Below are positions 52,310 through 62,404 of a DNA stretch of 64,000 nucleotides, piece by piece. The translations under genes and the position numbers were made by a program. The notes beneath the pieces are model-generated. The model was not told the origin of the DNA. It saw only the letters and a list, made by a program, of their open reading frames with translations, and searched no databases. Location: positions 544,001-608,000 of the forward strand of contig CM000431.1 in assembly GCA_000165345.1 (NCBI GenBank). Direction: 5' to 3'. How positions within the stretch are numbered: position 1 is the stretch's first letter; the number at the start of each line of letters is the position of its first letter.

Positions 52310-52660
52310 ACTTGACAACACAATTCAAGAGCAAGATCAATTTCTTTTCGTAAATATTATTTCGATAAAGTTACGAGAATTTTATCAGTTTAAAAACTAT
52401 CCCCACAATGATTCAAAGTAACTAAGTAGCGGGTAGTGTTAGCTTGAATATGATTGTTCACTATCCCCTCGTAATTGCTTCTAATTTGGTAACAAGTATG
52501 ACTTATAAATTAACGAAATTGATAAATTAGAATAGTATTACTCATATTTTTGAATAGATTTAATTCAAATCATTTTGATTAATATTTCACAAAACTTTTT
52601 TAGTGATGCGAATTTATAAACTAAAATATTTCGAATTCTAATATTAATAGTTGATTAAAC

Positions 52661-52742
<82 letters not shown>

Positions 52743-52967
52743 CATTTATATTGCATAATTTTGACTGGAATATTACTTCATGTATTTGAGTTCATTAAGG
52801 TTGTGGGGCATGAAAGTTGGCTTGCTTCCCCTCATAATCTGATTAGCATTTATTTAATCAATAATTCAAGAAAAGTTGCTATTAAAGAAATAAATATGTC
52901 AGAGTAAGTCGACTAATAATATCTAAATTAATGATTTCATCTATTTAAACTTTCAATTAGCTGCTTT

Positions 52968-54389
52968 ATGCCAATCAGAGAAGTAAATGTGAACAGGCAA
53001 ACTATTTCAATTAAGGGCCGTATCATTCAGAAAAGTTCACTCCAGATTTTAAAGAGTGGGTTACGGTTTTTTCATCTTGACATAATAGACAAAGATAATG
53101 ATGTTATTAGAGTTAAGTTTTGGCGTCAAAAGGCAGAAGAGTATCATAATATTTTACAACATGGCTCAGTATATATTTTAAAATGCACAGGAAACGATGT
53201 TGTTGTTTCGAATACTAAGTTTAATGACACTTCAAATCCGTATGAAATTAACTTTTCTGATAGATGTTTTGTTAGAAAAGTTGAGAACGATGATGATTCA
53301 ATTGGCAAGGCACCAAAATATGTTTTTACAACTGTTAAGGATATTAGAGAAATACCAGTTCCTTCAATTGTTGATCTGATCGGAATAGTCAGACATTTCA
53401 GCCCTTCCACAAAAGTGATTTCAAGAAAGAACAATGATGAGGTTTCCAGAAGGACAATTTCAGTAGTAGATAAAACAGGCTTTCTTATAAACATCACATT
53501 ATGGGGAGAATTAGCGGAAGTTAGCGATGAAAAATTTTTGGGGAATCCAGTGGTTGCATTGAAGAGCATACAGATAAGGGAATATCAGGGTAGACAAGGA
53601 TCCACATTAAATGGGAGAAGCAATATGGAATTTTCCATAGATGATGGGAAAATGGAAGAGTTGAGAGACTGGTATGATAGTATTGGGAGTTCTATAAAGT
53701 TTGAATCTATAAGCAATATATCTTCGAATGAATCACCAAATAATTTCAGAGTTAACGATAAATTATACTCGGGAAGGACTCTCAAAGATATTAGGAATCG
53801 GATGGAAGATAACGAGTTTTCGTCAACTCCGTCGTTTCAGGTAATTGCAAGAATTTCGAAGATTGGCTCAATAAACGTAAATCAACAAGTTTCTGGAGAT
53901 AAAGGCGGCTCGTTGACATACGATGCATGTCCAATATGTAAAAAGAAAGTTCTCTTTTCCACTTCTTATTGTGAGAAGTGTGACGAATCTGTAGTTCCTG
54001 AGACTAAGTTCCTATTTCCTGTTACAATTGAAGACCATACATGTTCTTTAACCGTTCAATGTTTTCATGAAATTGGCTCAACATTTATTAAAGAATTGAG
54101 TGCTTCAGCCTGCAAAGAGATGGAACAAAATAACGACAAAAAGTTAAACTTCATCCTTAATCTACAATGTATGTGGAGACATTACAATCTCAAAATTCAA
54201 TTGAAGGCTGAAGAGTACAATAATCAGAAAAAAACTAGGGCAATAATTCAGTCAGCTGAGCCAATTGATCTTAATCAAATTTCCTATTTAATGCTAGAAT
54301 CGATCAGCCAATCAATATTAGGTAAAACTAACAAAAGATCTTTGTTTGAAGATAACATTAACACAAACAAAAGAATTTCGGTTGGCTAG
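52968..54389 (+). CDS. RPA1: Replication protein A large subunit, short type (OB-fold ssDNA-binding domains plus C-terminal zinc ribbon)
   Basis: OB-fold blocks with the aromatic ssDNA-contacting pattern are followed by the C4 zinc ribbon CPICKKK...CEKCDESV. The size, about 54 kDa, fits the short RPA1 form of this lineage. Confidence 0.7.
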   Translation: MPIREVNVNRQTISIKGRIIQKSSLQILKSGLRFFHLDIIDKDNDVIRVKFWRQKAEEYHNILQHGSVYILKCTGNDVVVSNTKFNDTSNPYEINFSDRCFVRKVENDDDSIGKAPKYVFTTVKDIREIPVPSIVDLIGIVRHFSPSTKVISRKNNDEVSRRTISVVDKTGFLINITLWGELAEVSDEKFLGNPVVALKSIQIREYQGRQGSTLNGRSNMEFSIDDGKMEELRDWYDSIGSSIKFESISNISSNESPNNFRVNDKLYSGRTLKDIRNRMEDNEFSSTPSFQVIARISKIGSINVNQQVSGDKGGSLTYDACPICKKKVLFSTSYCEKCDESVVPETKFLFPVTIEDHTCSLTVQCFHEIGSTFIKELSASACKEMEQNNDKKLNFILNLQCMWRHYNLKIQLKAEEYNNQKKTRAIIQSAEPIDLNQISYLMLESISQSILGKTNKRSLFEDNINTNKRISVG

Positions 54390-54502
54390 TTAATTAAAAA
54401 ATATTCCATAGAATTCCAATAGGATAGCTATAATTACTTGAATGTTAGTTTAATTCCTACACAGCTGCTAGAAACTATCTTCTTGAATAAATTGTTGCGT
54501 GT

Positions 54503-54508
54503 TGGCGC
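54503..54508. promoter_or_regulatory. GGCGCG about 90 bp upstream of the UBC13 ATG
   Basis: The argument is the same as for the 6948 motif. Confidence 0.3.
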
Positions 54509-54597
54509 GTATTGTTGCTTTCAATTGGATTCATTATGTTACATTGAGATCAATATCTACTTTAGCACGCACGAAATAATTTAAAGTTTTGGGAATC

Positions 54598-55050
54598 ATG
54601 TCAATTTCAAAAAGAATACAAAAAGAAACTATGAATCTCGCAAATGATCCGTCGCCTGGAATAAATGCAGAACCTGATGAAGACAATTATAGATATTTCA
54701 AAATTATGATGATGGGCCCTGAGGGCACACCTTATGAAGGTGGAAGCTACAAGCTTGAACTTTTTTTGCCAGAGCATTACCCTATGGAACCCCCAAAAGT
54801 TAGGTTTCTAACAAAAATTTACCATCCAAATATTGACAAACTTGGAAGAATTTGTCTAGATATTTTGAAAGATAAATGGAGTCCAGCCTTGCAAATTAGA
54901 ACAGTATTGCTAAGTATACAAGCATTACTAAGCTCTCCAGAACCTAATGATCCTTTAGACACCGTAGTTGCAGATCACTTCAAAAATAATTTACTGGACG
55001 CAGAGTCAACGGCCAGAGAATGGAATAGACTTTATGCCAAAGGATCATAA
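54598..55050 (+). CDS. UBC13: Ubiquitin-conjugating enzyme E2 N (Ubc13)
   Basis: It is near-identical to UBC13 across its length. Shared stretches include RI.KET..L...P.PGI.AEPDE.N.RYF, GP...[65 protein letters not shown]. Confidence 0.9.
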   Translation: MSISKRIQKETMNLANDPSPGINAEPDEDNYRYFKIMMMGPEGTPYEGGSYKLELFLPEHYPMEPPKVRFLTKIYHPNIDKLGRICLDILKDKWSPALQIRTVLLSIQALLSSPEPNDPLDTVVADHFKNNLLDAESTAREWNRLYAKGS

Positions 55051-55323
55051 AGTTATTAACAAAAGGCAACACAAAAGGCAAATTAGCACAGATGCATTCA
55101 ACATCCACACTTTTCTAGTATTTTGGATCTCTAGAATTGAGTTCTGTTAGATTAAACCTTTTGATCAAACTTTTACAGACCAGATTTAGTAAATGCAACA
55201 CTAGAAAGTTAAATTTTTCAAAGTTGTCTGTTGGCCTAACATGAGTTCAACCTATATGGCCACGGGTATTTTGCAAATAGACACCGTGATAAATCTACAC
55301 TATTTTAATAGAACAAAATCAAT

Positions 55324-55962
55324 CTAAAGCTTTTTCTCTTCTCTTTTGATGAGTTCACGAAGTTCCCCCAATAATTGTGACTCTTTTAACATTCTTTGTT
55401 TCTCGTTTTGAAGAGCTATATTTCTTCTTTCTTCTACCGTATAAACTTGGTTCTCCTTTCTAATTCTTACAGCTGTCATTCTCTTGTGCATACTTCCGCT
55501 CATTACATATCCTACCTTCTCAAACGATTCTATTTGTTCTCCTGTTAATCCAACTTCACCTCTTCTTGGTATTCTTTTTCCTGCTTGGACGAATTGTGCC
55601 ATAGCTTCACCTTCGCCATAAAGAAGAGCTGCCCCATAATTTAGGTTTTGATTGATTGCTGTTTTTTTAATATCAGATGGACTTGGACCGAACAAATGAT
55701 CATCTTCAATCTTTTCTTCATTATCACAGCCAATGTCACTATTTGGACTCATTGAGGCAGTATCCTCGCTTAAAGATAAGTCTCTTTCAAAAGAAGGCCT
55801 TCTTTTATCTTTAAAATACCCAATAATGTTCTCTACGCTTGAAATATCCTTATCTTGCTCTCCATTTAAGGATACTTCTTCATTCCATAAGTTTTTGATT
55901 TTTTTTCTCATATCTCTTCTCCTTTTAGTGCGTTCATGTAACCATGAGATTAGCTTTTCCAT
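55324..55962 (-). CDS. NKAP-like protein (NF-kappaB-activating protein C-terminal DUF926 domain)
   Basis: The C-terminus GKRIPRRGEVGLTGEQIESFEKVGYVMSGSMHKRMTAVRIRKENQVYTVEERR matches the NKAP C-terminal domain almost residue for residue. A basic, RS-like N-terminus precedes it. The ATG is at 55962. Confidence 0.75.
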   Translation of the reverse strand: MEKLISWLHERTKRRRDMRKKIKNLWNEEVSLNGEQDKDISSVENIIGYFKDKRRPSFERDLSLSEDTASMSPNSDIGCDNEEKIEDDHLFGPSPSDIKKTAINQNLNYGAALLYGEGEAMAQFVQAGKRIPRRGEVGLTGEQIESFEKVGYVMSGSMHKRMTAVRIRKENQVYTVEERRNIALQNEKQRMLKESQLLGELRELIKREEKKL

Positions 55963-56157
55963 ACTGGACCATTGTGAACAAAATGTATAAATAAGTTGAA
56001 TATGCACTAATAATTTTATCGGATAATTTTTGTTTCAAAAAAACTTATATTTACCCTCAAAATATTGCCGGTAATTACAGATGGAAACCCACAGAAATTA
56101 TTTGAGGAATATTTTTTGACAAAAATAAATAACACTGTAATTGAGTTTTTCGTGATA

Positions 56158-56605
56158 ATGGAGAAAAGATTTGATCTGAGATACTGTGAAAAATTTCCAA
56201 ATGATTCACTATTAAACGGATTTGCTCCAAGAGATCTTGGTACAAAACCAAAATGCTTGCCACAGCAGATTCAAGAAACTGTAAGTTGGGAACAATAACT
56301 TTTCGAATATTGAATAATGCCATTTCTCTTAGGGGTTCATTCGGACATTAGAAAATGAGTTGAATATGCTTAGTGCTATACAAGGTTATCACTCAGCTGC
56401 AAAATCAAGAATGGAACAGGATTTAGTTTCGAAGGTTCAAAGACATCCAGGAATTCCAAGCTCTCACTTGAGCCTTGATCTACTAATGAATATGGATGAC
56501 AAGATCGAAATAAGCGATATTCTAGGCACGGAGAAACCTATCAATCCATTGGGCAAGAAGACAATCAGCGACACATTAGAGTCAATATTCAATATCAATA
56601 GTTAA
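56158..56605 (+). CDS. POMP: Proteasome maturation factor POMP/Ump1, 2 exons: join(56158..56280, 56333..56605)
   Basis: Exon 2 (..ELNMLSAIQGYHSAAKSRMEQDLVSKVQRHPGIPSSHLSLDLLMNMDDKIEISDILG) aligns with human POMP (..KMNFSTLRNIQGLFAPLKLQMEF.AVQQVQRLPFLSSSNLSLDVLRGNDETIGFEDILN). A GTAAGT donor at 56281 and a tctcttag acceptor at 56332 join it in phase 0 to an upstream exon (..LLNGFAPRDLGTKPKCLPQQIQET) that resembles the POMP N-terminal region. Confidence 0.65.
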
Positions 56606-56708
56606 ACATAGGCTCTCTCTACAACATTAAAAATATCTAATTTAGCAACAGAGAAACCCGGATATTACTAAGGACTAGATGCAATCTAACTCGTCGGTAG
56701 TTATTCAA

Positions 56709-57145
56709 TTACTCTGCCTCTTCTCTCTGCTTCCTCAAACGTGCAATCGTCGATCTAGCAGTAACTGCTGCCGCAGTGCTTAGCTGCCATGCACCTCCTG
56801 CCAAGACCTTTCTGCAACCCTTGCATTCCCAAATTCCACAGGCAGTTCTCTTTGTCGCTGTTTTTCCACAGAATGGACAAACATATGTCTCACGTTGTAG
56901 GATCTCAGTCTTCTTCACTTGCTTACGTAGAGAAGCACCATATCTAGTGCCAAATTTACCAACAATACCAACCTACAATAAAAAGGAAATGAGAAAATAT
57001 GAAGGATCCATAATGATAGGGGTCGAGATCGAAGAGTAAGATATGGGTTCTGAATGTCGAACATTTAGTTCAATAGAGGGATACTAAGAAGTTTACTCAT
57101 AAGATCGTCATCCTCCTGCTCAAATGTAACTTACCTTCTTAGTTC
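56709..57145 (-). CDS. RPL37A: 60S ribosomal protein eL43 (L37a), 2 exons: join(57145..57125, 56972..56709)
   Basis: Exon 2 encodes [37 protein letters not shown]...[18 protein letters not shown], which is the eL43 zinc ribbon. It lacks a start codon. The 7-codon exon 1, ATGGGTAGAAGAACTAAGAAG (MGRRTKK), is followed by a GTAAGT donor. The intron is 152 nt and ends at ttattgtag. Confidence 0.85.
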
Positions 57146-57233
57146 TTCTACCCATTTTCTTTTAATCACTTGAAACTAAAGTTAGTGCTCTGAAACGCTT
57201 CGTTTATTAAATCCCTATGAGACGGTTTATTTT

Positions 57234-57270
57234 AGCGCGTTGTCTCGATTTATACGCGGTAAATGCACGT
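57234..57270. promoter_or_regulatory. AGCGCG ... ACGCGG pair 90-125 bp upstream of the eL43 ATG (57145, minus strand)
   Basis: Two CGCG-containing boxes lie in the divergent intergenic region. Confidence 0.25.
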
Positions 57271-57691
57271 ATTTTAGCATTGGAATATTACTTTGCAAAA
57301 ATATTTAACAGGAGTCAAAACAATAAAAAACTGTAAAAAAGAATGAATTCTGAACTAATTAGTAGGAATATTGCTTGTACAACAAAATTATCTCAATTTA
57401 AGCTTAGATTTCCCACCTTAAGCGAATGTCAGAGCGCCATCTTAGTAATAGATACCAGCCTATTTGTACGTATTTCATAAAACTAAAAATCAAATTAGAG
57501 TTTTATTTTTAAAATATTTTCCTTGAGATTTCACGTTAGGGCTGAATAGACTTAATCATGTAATGCGCAACTCACCGCCTAATAATACACACATAGATGT
57601 CGCATGTAATAAATCTTTTTTTCCCTCTTTCCTACGAAACATTTCTCTTGGCTAATTTTTTTCAACTTTATAGCAATACATAATTGTAGTC

Positions 57692-58114
57692 ATGTCTGAA
57701 TTGGAAGCCCTGAGCAACCAAAGTACTGAGCGTGGAGTTGTTCAAGAGAACTCCACAGAAAAGATGGATGCAGCAGAAAATCCAAACGAAATTTCAGTAG
57801 ATAACAATGCCGCCATTGAGCTATTAAATGTTAATTTGCAGGACATGTTCGCCAACTCCTTCATTGGTGCTAACGTTGTTAATGCCACAAGAATGCAAGA
57901 GACTATTGGCGAATCTTGGCCATTTGACCAATATCAGGCAACCGGCTTGTTGCCAGTAGATTATGCGTACTGGCTTACGCCTTATAATACTTCAATAGGC
58001 CCAACTGCATTTGTTATGATGCAGGCCACAGCAACATTCCCAGATGGCACTCAGATGGATGCACAACAAGCGAGAGCACGAAGAAGACGCCATGTATTTG
58101 GTGTGTGTTGTTAA
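57692..58114 (+). CDS. Hypothetical protein, 140 aa, ending ...RRRRHVFGVCC
   Basis: It starts with an ATG, its composition is unbiased for this genome, and it carries no recognisable domain. A basic stretch plus two C-terminal cysteines suggests possible lipidation. Confidence 0.35.
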   Translation: MSELEALSNQSTERGVVQENSTEKMDAAENPNEISVDNNAAIELLNVNLQDMFANSFIGANVVNATRMQETIGESWPFDQYQATGLLPVDYAYWLTPYNTSIGPTAFVMMQATATFPDGTQMDAQQARARRRRHVFGVCC

Positions 58115-58235
58115 TTACTAGGCATAGATTTATGAAAATATCATTAGAGAAAATAAGTTTAAAACATTGGATGTATAATTTCTATTAAGCTATAATATAT
58201 TACTATTTCAAGTAGCACATTTAATATTGTAAACG

Positions 58236-59885
58236 CTAGTTTACCAAGCATTTTTTGCAGTTTTGAATAATTATCTCAACTGCAATCTTGAATTCCTTCA
58301 GTAGTACATGCTGTTTCGTCTCTAGGCTAACCTTTTGAGATATTTTCTTAATACATTCAAATATTTCATTTTTATTTTCTATTGACTTATTTTGATTTAA
58401 TAGTCTTACAATGTTACTTTCATGTAGAATGTGTTCAATTAATTCTGAAATCAATATAAATTGGTGAGGGCCGCACTTGCCCATATTCTTGCTAATATAT
58501 TTTAGCAATTTAATAGTTTTTTCGTATTCATTCTCCCTTGCAATCAAATGCAGAGCTCCTCTTGATGAAAGTAATTTTAAGAGTGAAATAAAATGCGGCC
58601 AGCTCATTTTGAGAGCGATTTCTAATGCCTTTTTATAAGAATATGATCGTAATAACCTGTCAAGTTTTGTTTGACGCTTCTTGCAATTTTTAATCTCTAT
58701 GTCCATAGCATTCGCAGAAGCCGCTCTACCTCTTTTATAATATCTTATCGTACCTGTTCTATATCCCTTTCTTAAGTTATTAATATCTTCATTAGCAACG
58801 TCCCTAGTTGACTCTTTAATTTCTGAAAAAACTTTTTTTCTTATACTCCAATTACCATCTTCAAGAGCAATTGCAATATACGATGAGCAATTTGATGTTG
58901 CAACTTTTACTATTCCTTTATTATAATTAAAAGATCGAATGAATTCAAATGTTTTAGAGTCATAAATGCATACATTATGGTCCAAACATCCAACAGCAAA
59001 TATATTCTCATTAGAGGAAATTGTTGTAATTGTTCGAGCAAAGTTTGCGATGCTGTGAATACATTCAAATTCAGTTTTTTCCAGATCCCAAATTTTAATA
59101 CAAGTACCTCCACAAGAAATTAACTTATTTCCATTAATAATATCAATACATTCTACAGGAAAATTATGCTTCAAGATTTTCATAACCTTTAGTTGGTATT
59201 TATTTGGTAAAGCATTACTTGCAGCATAATTTTCAGCTTGTTTGAGTTCTGAATAACACCAAATTTTGATATTAAAGTCATAGCTACAAGTTGCAAAATA
59301 AATATTTAAAGTATCTGTTGTGCTTGAATCATGGTTAGGATAATTAAACAATTTATTTTCAAGTGGTAATATACATCTGATCACATCATTGTGCGCAGGA
59401 GCTGTAAAAACAATTTCACCAGAGGAAACCTCTAAAATTGAGACTTTACCTGTCAATGTTCCAGAAATTATTTTGCTTTTGTCACATGAAAACGCAATCG
59501 ACGAGAGTTGTTCACTACTCTTTTCAAACCTGCGGACAACAGTCATAGTTTCAGTATCTAGCGCGATACATTCATTATTTTCCATTGAAATTCCACAAAG
59601 TCTACCATCATTTCTTAGAGTAGTTGCAGTAATTAAATTCTTTGAGTTAAATGAGGTAAGCTTACTTGAATTTTCTTCATTTACTTTTATGGGGCTTACT
59701 GTTTTTAGTTTATTTCCTGTAGTAATTAAGAGAGAGATTTCTCCATTAAAAATTCTAAATTCTAAATTTTTAATTGTTTCATTTTCATTCCCACTATTAG
59801 AATATAAATACCGATTATTAGATAAGATTTCAGAATATAAGGCTTTTCTTTTTGGCTCGATTTCAATTGGAATATAATCACCCAT
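58236..59885 (-). CDS. UTP15: U3 snoRNP protein UTP15 (N-terminal WD40 propeller plus UTP15_C domain)
   Basis: WD-repeat-like blades lie in the N-terminal 350 aa. The C-terminus ..KLDRLLRSYSYKKALEIALKMSWPHFISLLKLLSSRGALHLIA..LLKYISKNMG.. matches the UTP15 C-terminal domain. The ATG is at 59885. Confidence 0.65.
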   Translation of the reverse strand: MGDYIPIEIEPKRKALYSEILSNNRYLYSNSGNENETIKNLEFRIFNGEISLLITTGNKLKTVSPIKVNEENSSKLTSFNSKNLITATTLRNDGRLCGISMENNECIALDTETMTVVRRFEKSSEQLSSIAFSCDKSKIISGTLTGKVSILEVSSGEIVFTAPAHNDVIRCILPLENKLFNYPNHDSSTTDTLNIYFATCSYDFNIKIWCYSELKQAENYAASNALPNKYQLKVMKILKHNFPVECIDIINGNKLISCGGTCIKIWDLEKTEFECIHSIANFARTITTISSNENIFAVGCLDHNVCIYDSKTFEFIRSFNYNKGIVKVATSNCSSYIAIALEDGNWSIRKKVFSEIKESTRDVANEDINNLRKGYRTGTIRYYKRGRAASANAMDIEIKNCKKRQTKLDRLLRSYSYKKALEIALKMSWPHFISLLKLLSSRGALHLIARENEYEKTIKLLKYISKNMGKCGPHQFILISELIEHILHESNIVRLLNQNKSIENKNEIFECIKKISQKVSLETKQHVLLKEFKIAVEIIIQNCKKCLVN

Positions 59886-60127
59886 TTTAAAACAGTTTAA
59901 TTTCAATGTCAAATTTTACATTTTTTGTCTTTTATTTAAGAGGTTGTGGCGCTCTTAACAAAAAAAATTGGCGCTCAAACTCACACATCTCACACTGCAT
60001 GTTCGATTATAATCATCAAAGAAATGGCATGAACTTACAAAACATTGTCTCAAAATATTGCAGTAACTTCCATTTTTGTTATAAATATTATATATCTAGA
60101 GTAGTATCATGATCATTTACTAGCAAA

Positions 60128-61783
60128 ATGGAATTTACCAAACTTGTTAGTAAACCCAGTTTTAAATTGGATTTGGATAAAATCAACTATAAATTTGAGG
60201 CAGGAGATAAAAATAGCAATAGTTGCAAAGCCAACGGTAATAGAGGAAAACATAGCTTGGAATGTGGAAATTCATGCGGCACTGTTTATTTGGAAGATGG
60301 TGATAGTCAGATTTTGGAACAATTAAAACGCATAGAGGAGGAGAATATAAGGCTTCGCGAAATAAATGAACAGCTTTCAAGATCACTTTGCATCAGTACA
60401 AGATCTATTTCAATAAATAACAGTAATAACTCCTTTCAAATAGACGATTTTTCCAGGCAGTCATCATTTCTTAGTAGTCGAGCATTAACAACTAGATCAA
60501 TCTCTATGAACCCACAAATAGTAAAAAATTTAAAGATGACGGTAAGCGATATAATTGGAGATAGAACAGAAATAGCACTAAGAGTTATGCTATTAGAAAA
60601 TGAGTATTTTTTGGGTTTAGAACCAATTCTTGACAGGCAATCTGCAAGAGTTGTACTATCAAAGACTCCTTCCTACTGGAGTATTAAAAAAATACCTCAC
60701 TTTTGGGAAGGGTTTTCAAACATAATGTCTTCCGTAATTAAAAAAGGGTTCTTAAATACTATAAGCTATTGGTCTTTTCTTAGGGCACCTCCAAGCCCCA
60801 AAAAAAATGTAAAAAAATGGGAAGGCATTACGATTAAATACAAAGGGCCACTCAAGGAATTTAGAGGATATTCATTGGCTGGCAATGATGACGGATTGTT
60901 TGTATATCTTGAATCAGAAGAGGATGCATATGATAATATATTCTATTGCAACTTTAGGAAGAAGAAGGAAAAATGTACTGAAGATTTTAGAGATTGTACC
61001 AATGATCTACGAACAAATGTATTAAATTTGCTACATGCTAATACAAGAAGTTTTATTTGTATAGAACCGAATATAAAAAGTAAGGGTGGAAATATAATGA
61101 TTAAGTTGTCCGAGTCAAAAAGGAACAAATTGATGTTTGAAGAAATAAGTGCAAGCGAATTACTTGCTAGGCAATTGCTGATATCCGCTGAACAGATTTC
61201 CCAAGATTTTGATCTAACAAATAGAAATATTCATCAAGTGACATCTTTCCCATCTTTCAGTAATTATGAGCAAAACTTTCAGAAGACGAGCTCGAATAGA
61301 TATTCTCCTGAAGAGAGCTTTACGAGTAGAACTGTGGAATTATGCTCCTCTGCAGAGACGCAAAACAAAGATAAACGAGGTTCACTTGCGGACGAATTAT
61401 CAAGTGAACTTTTAACTCAAAGAAATCAGTCGCTAAGTAATTTTTTTGGTGAGGCAAATCATTCAAAATACACTTTAAGCGATAATATTGGCTTTAAAGA
61501 AGAAATACCTAATAAAAACAGCTTGAAAATTATAGATACAAGCCTTGGAGAAAATTCCAAAATTTGTTCGCCAAGAATTCGAGCATCGAATATAATCAAC
61601 GACCAGTTATCAGGATTGGAGTATCATGAAGTCCCGTTAACTAGAAGGCTAAACGTGGTGTACATTCCATCTACAACTGCTGTATTAGTTCATGACCTTG
61701 TTGATAGCGATGAAGAACTAAATAACAATATAGATAGTGGAAAAATAAGCGATGTGGAACAGGAGTATTTCAAGGTTGAATAA
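60128..61783 (+). CDS. Hypothetical protein, 551 aa, with an N-terminal coiled coil / leucine-zipper-like segment
   Basis: A heptad pattern is visible in LEQLKRIEEENIRLREINEQLSRSL. The rest is S/N-rich with no recognisable domain. Confidence 0.4.
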   Translation: MEFTKLVSKPSFKLDLDKINYKFEAGDKNSNSCKANGNRGKHSLECGNSCGTVYLEDGDSQILEQLKRIEEENIRLREINEQLSRSLCISTRSISINNSNNSFQIDDFSRQSSFLSSRALTTRSISMNPQIVKNLKMTVSDIIGDRTEIALRVMLLENEYFLGLEPILDRQSARVVLSKTPSYWSIKKIPHFWEGFSNIMSSVIKKGFLNTISYWSFLRAPPSPKKNVKKWEGITIKYKGPLKEFRGYSLAGNDDGLFVYLESEEDAYDNIFYCNFRKKKEKCTEDFRDCTNDLRTNVLNLLHANTRSFICIEPNIKSKGGNIMIKLSESKRNKLMFEEISASELLARQLLISAEQISQDFDLTNRNIHQVTSFPSFSNYEQNFQKTSSNRYSPEESFTSRTVELCSSAETQNKDKRGSLADELSSELLTQRNQSLSNFFGEANHSKYTLSDNIGFKEEIPNKNSLKIIDTSLGENSKICSPRIRASNIINDQLSGLEYHEVPLTRRLNVVYIPSTTAVLVHDLVDSDEELNNNIDSGKISDVEQEYFKVE

Positions 61784-62349
61784 TGTTCAATTAACTTAAT
61801 TGACCATTAAAAATAGTCAAGCAATTATTTTTGAGCAAAATTTACCGTTGATCAAAATTTTATTTTGAATACAAAAATTATCTTATATATACTAGCTAAA
61901 TAATTTTGACTCATTAAGCCAGTTATAAAGAGAAATCAAATCTTGGTTTTCGGTATTTTGAATGGCGTTTTTATCATTAATTATATACTGGAGGAAGTTT
62001 TTTAATTGATAAGTAAGGCCTTTTATGGATTTAATAATTCTGATTTTTTTATCCATTATTTTCAATAGACTAGATATTCTTTCAATTTCATATGTAGCTA
62101 TTGCATTTCTCAGAGATAATTTCAAAACGTAAATCTTCAATGCGTTTATACCTGAAATATTGTCTAAAAATCAAAATAATTAGTGTATAAATTTATGGTA
62201 AAACGTACTGGGATTAGTTTCGGCCTCACAAAGGGATTTAATTGAAGAAATTAGTCCCTTCAGAATATTCCGTTTATAATGCATGCAGTTATCACGCATC
62301 TTATCTTATTCATCATAACTCAGATAAAAGGGAAACCATTGCGCGATGA

Positions 62350-62360
62350 GGGGGGGGGGG
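62350..62360. repeat. G11 homopolymer
   Basis: The sequence gcgcgatgaggggggggggg stands out in an otherwise AT-rich intergenic region. Confidence 0.9.
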
Positions 62361-62404
62361 CACAACGAAACGTATGGAGCTGCGAAATTAAAAAGAAAAT
62401 TTAA

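Noticed and set aside
61892-62140. 82-aa minus-strand ORF downstream of the AAA ATPase gene
   Set aside because: I found no splice site joining it in frame to the AAA gene and it has no motif, so it is probably 3'UTR or intergenic.
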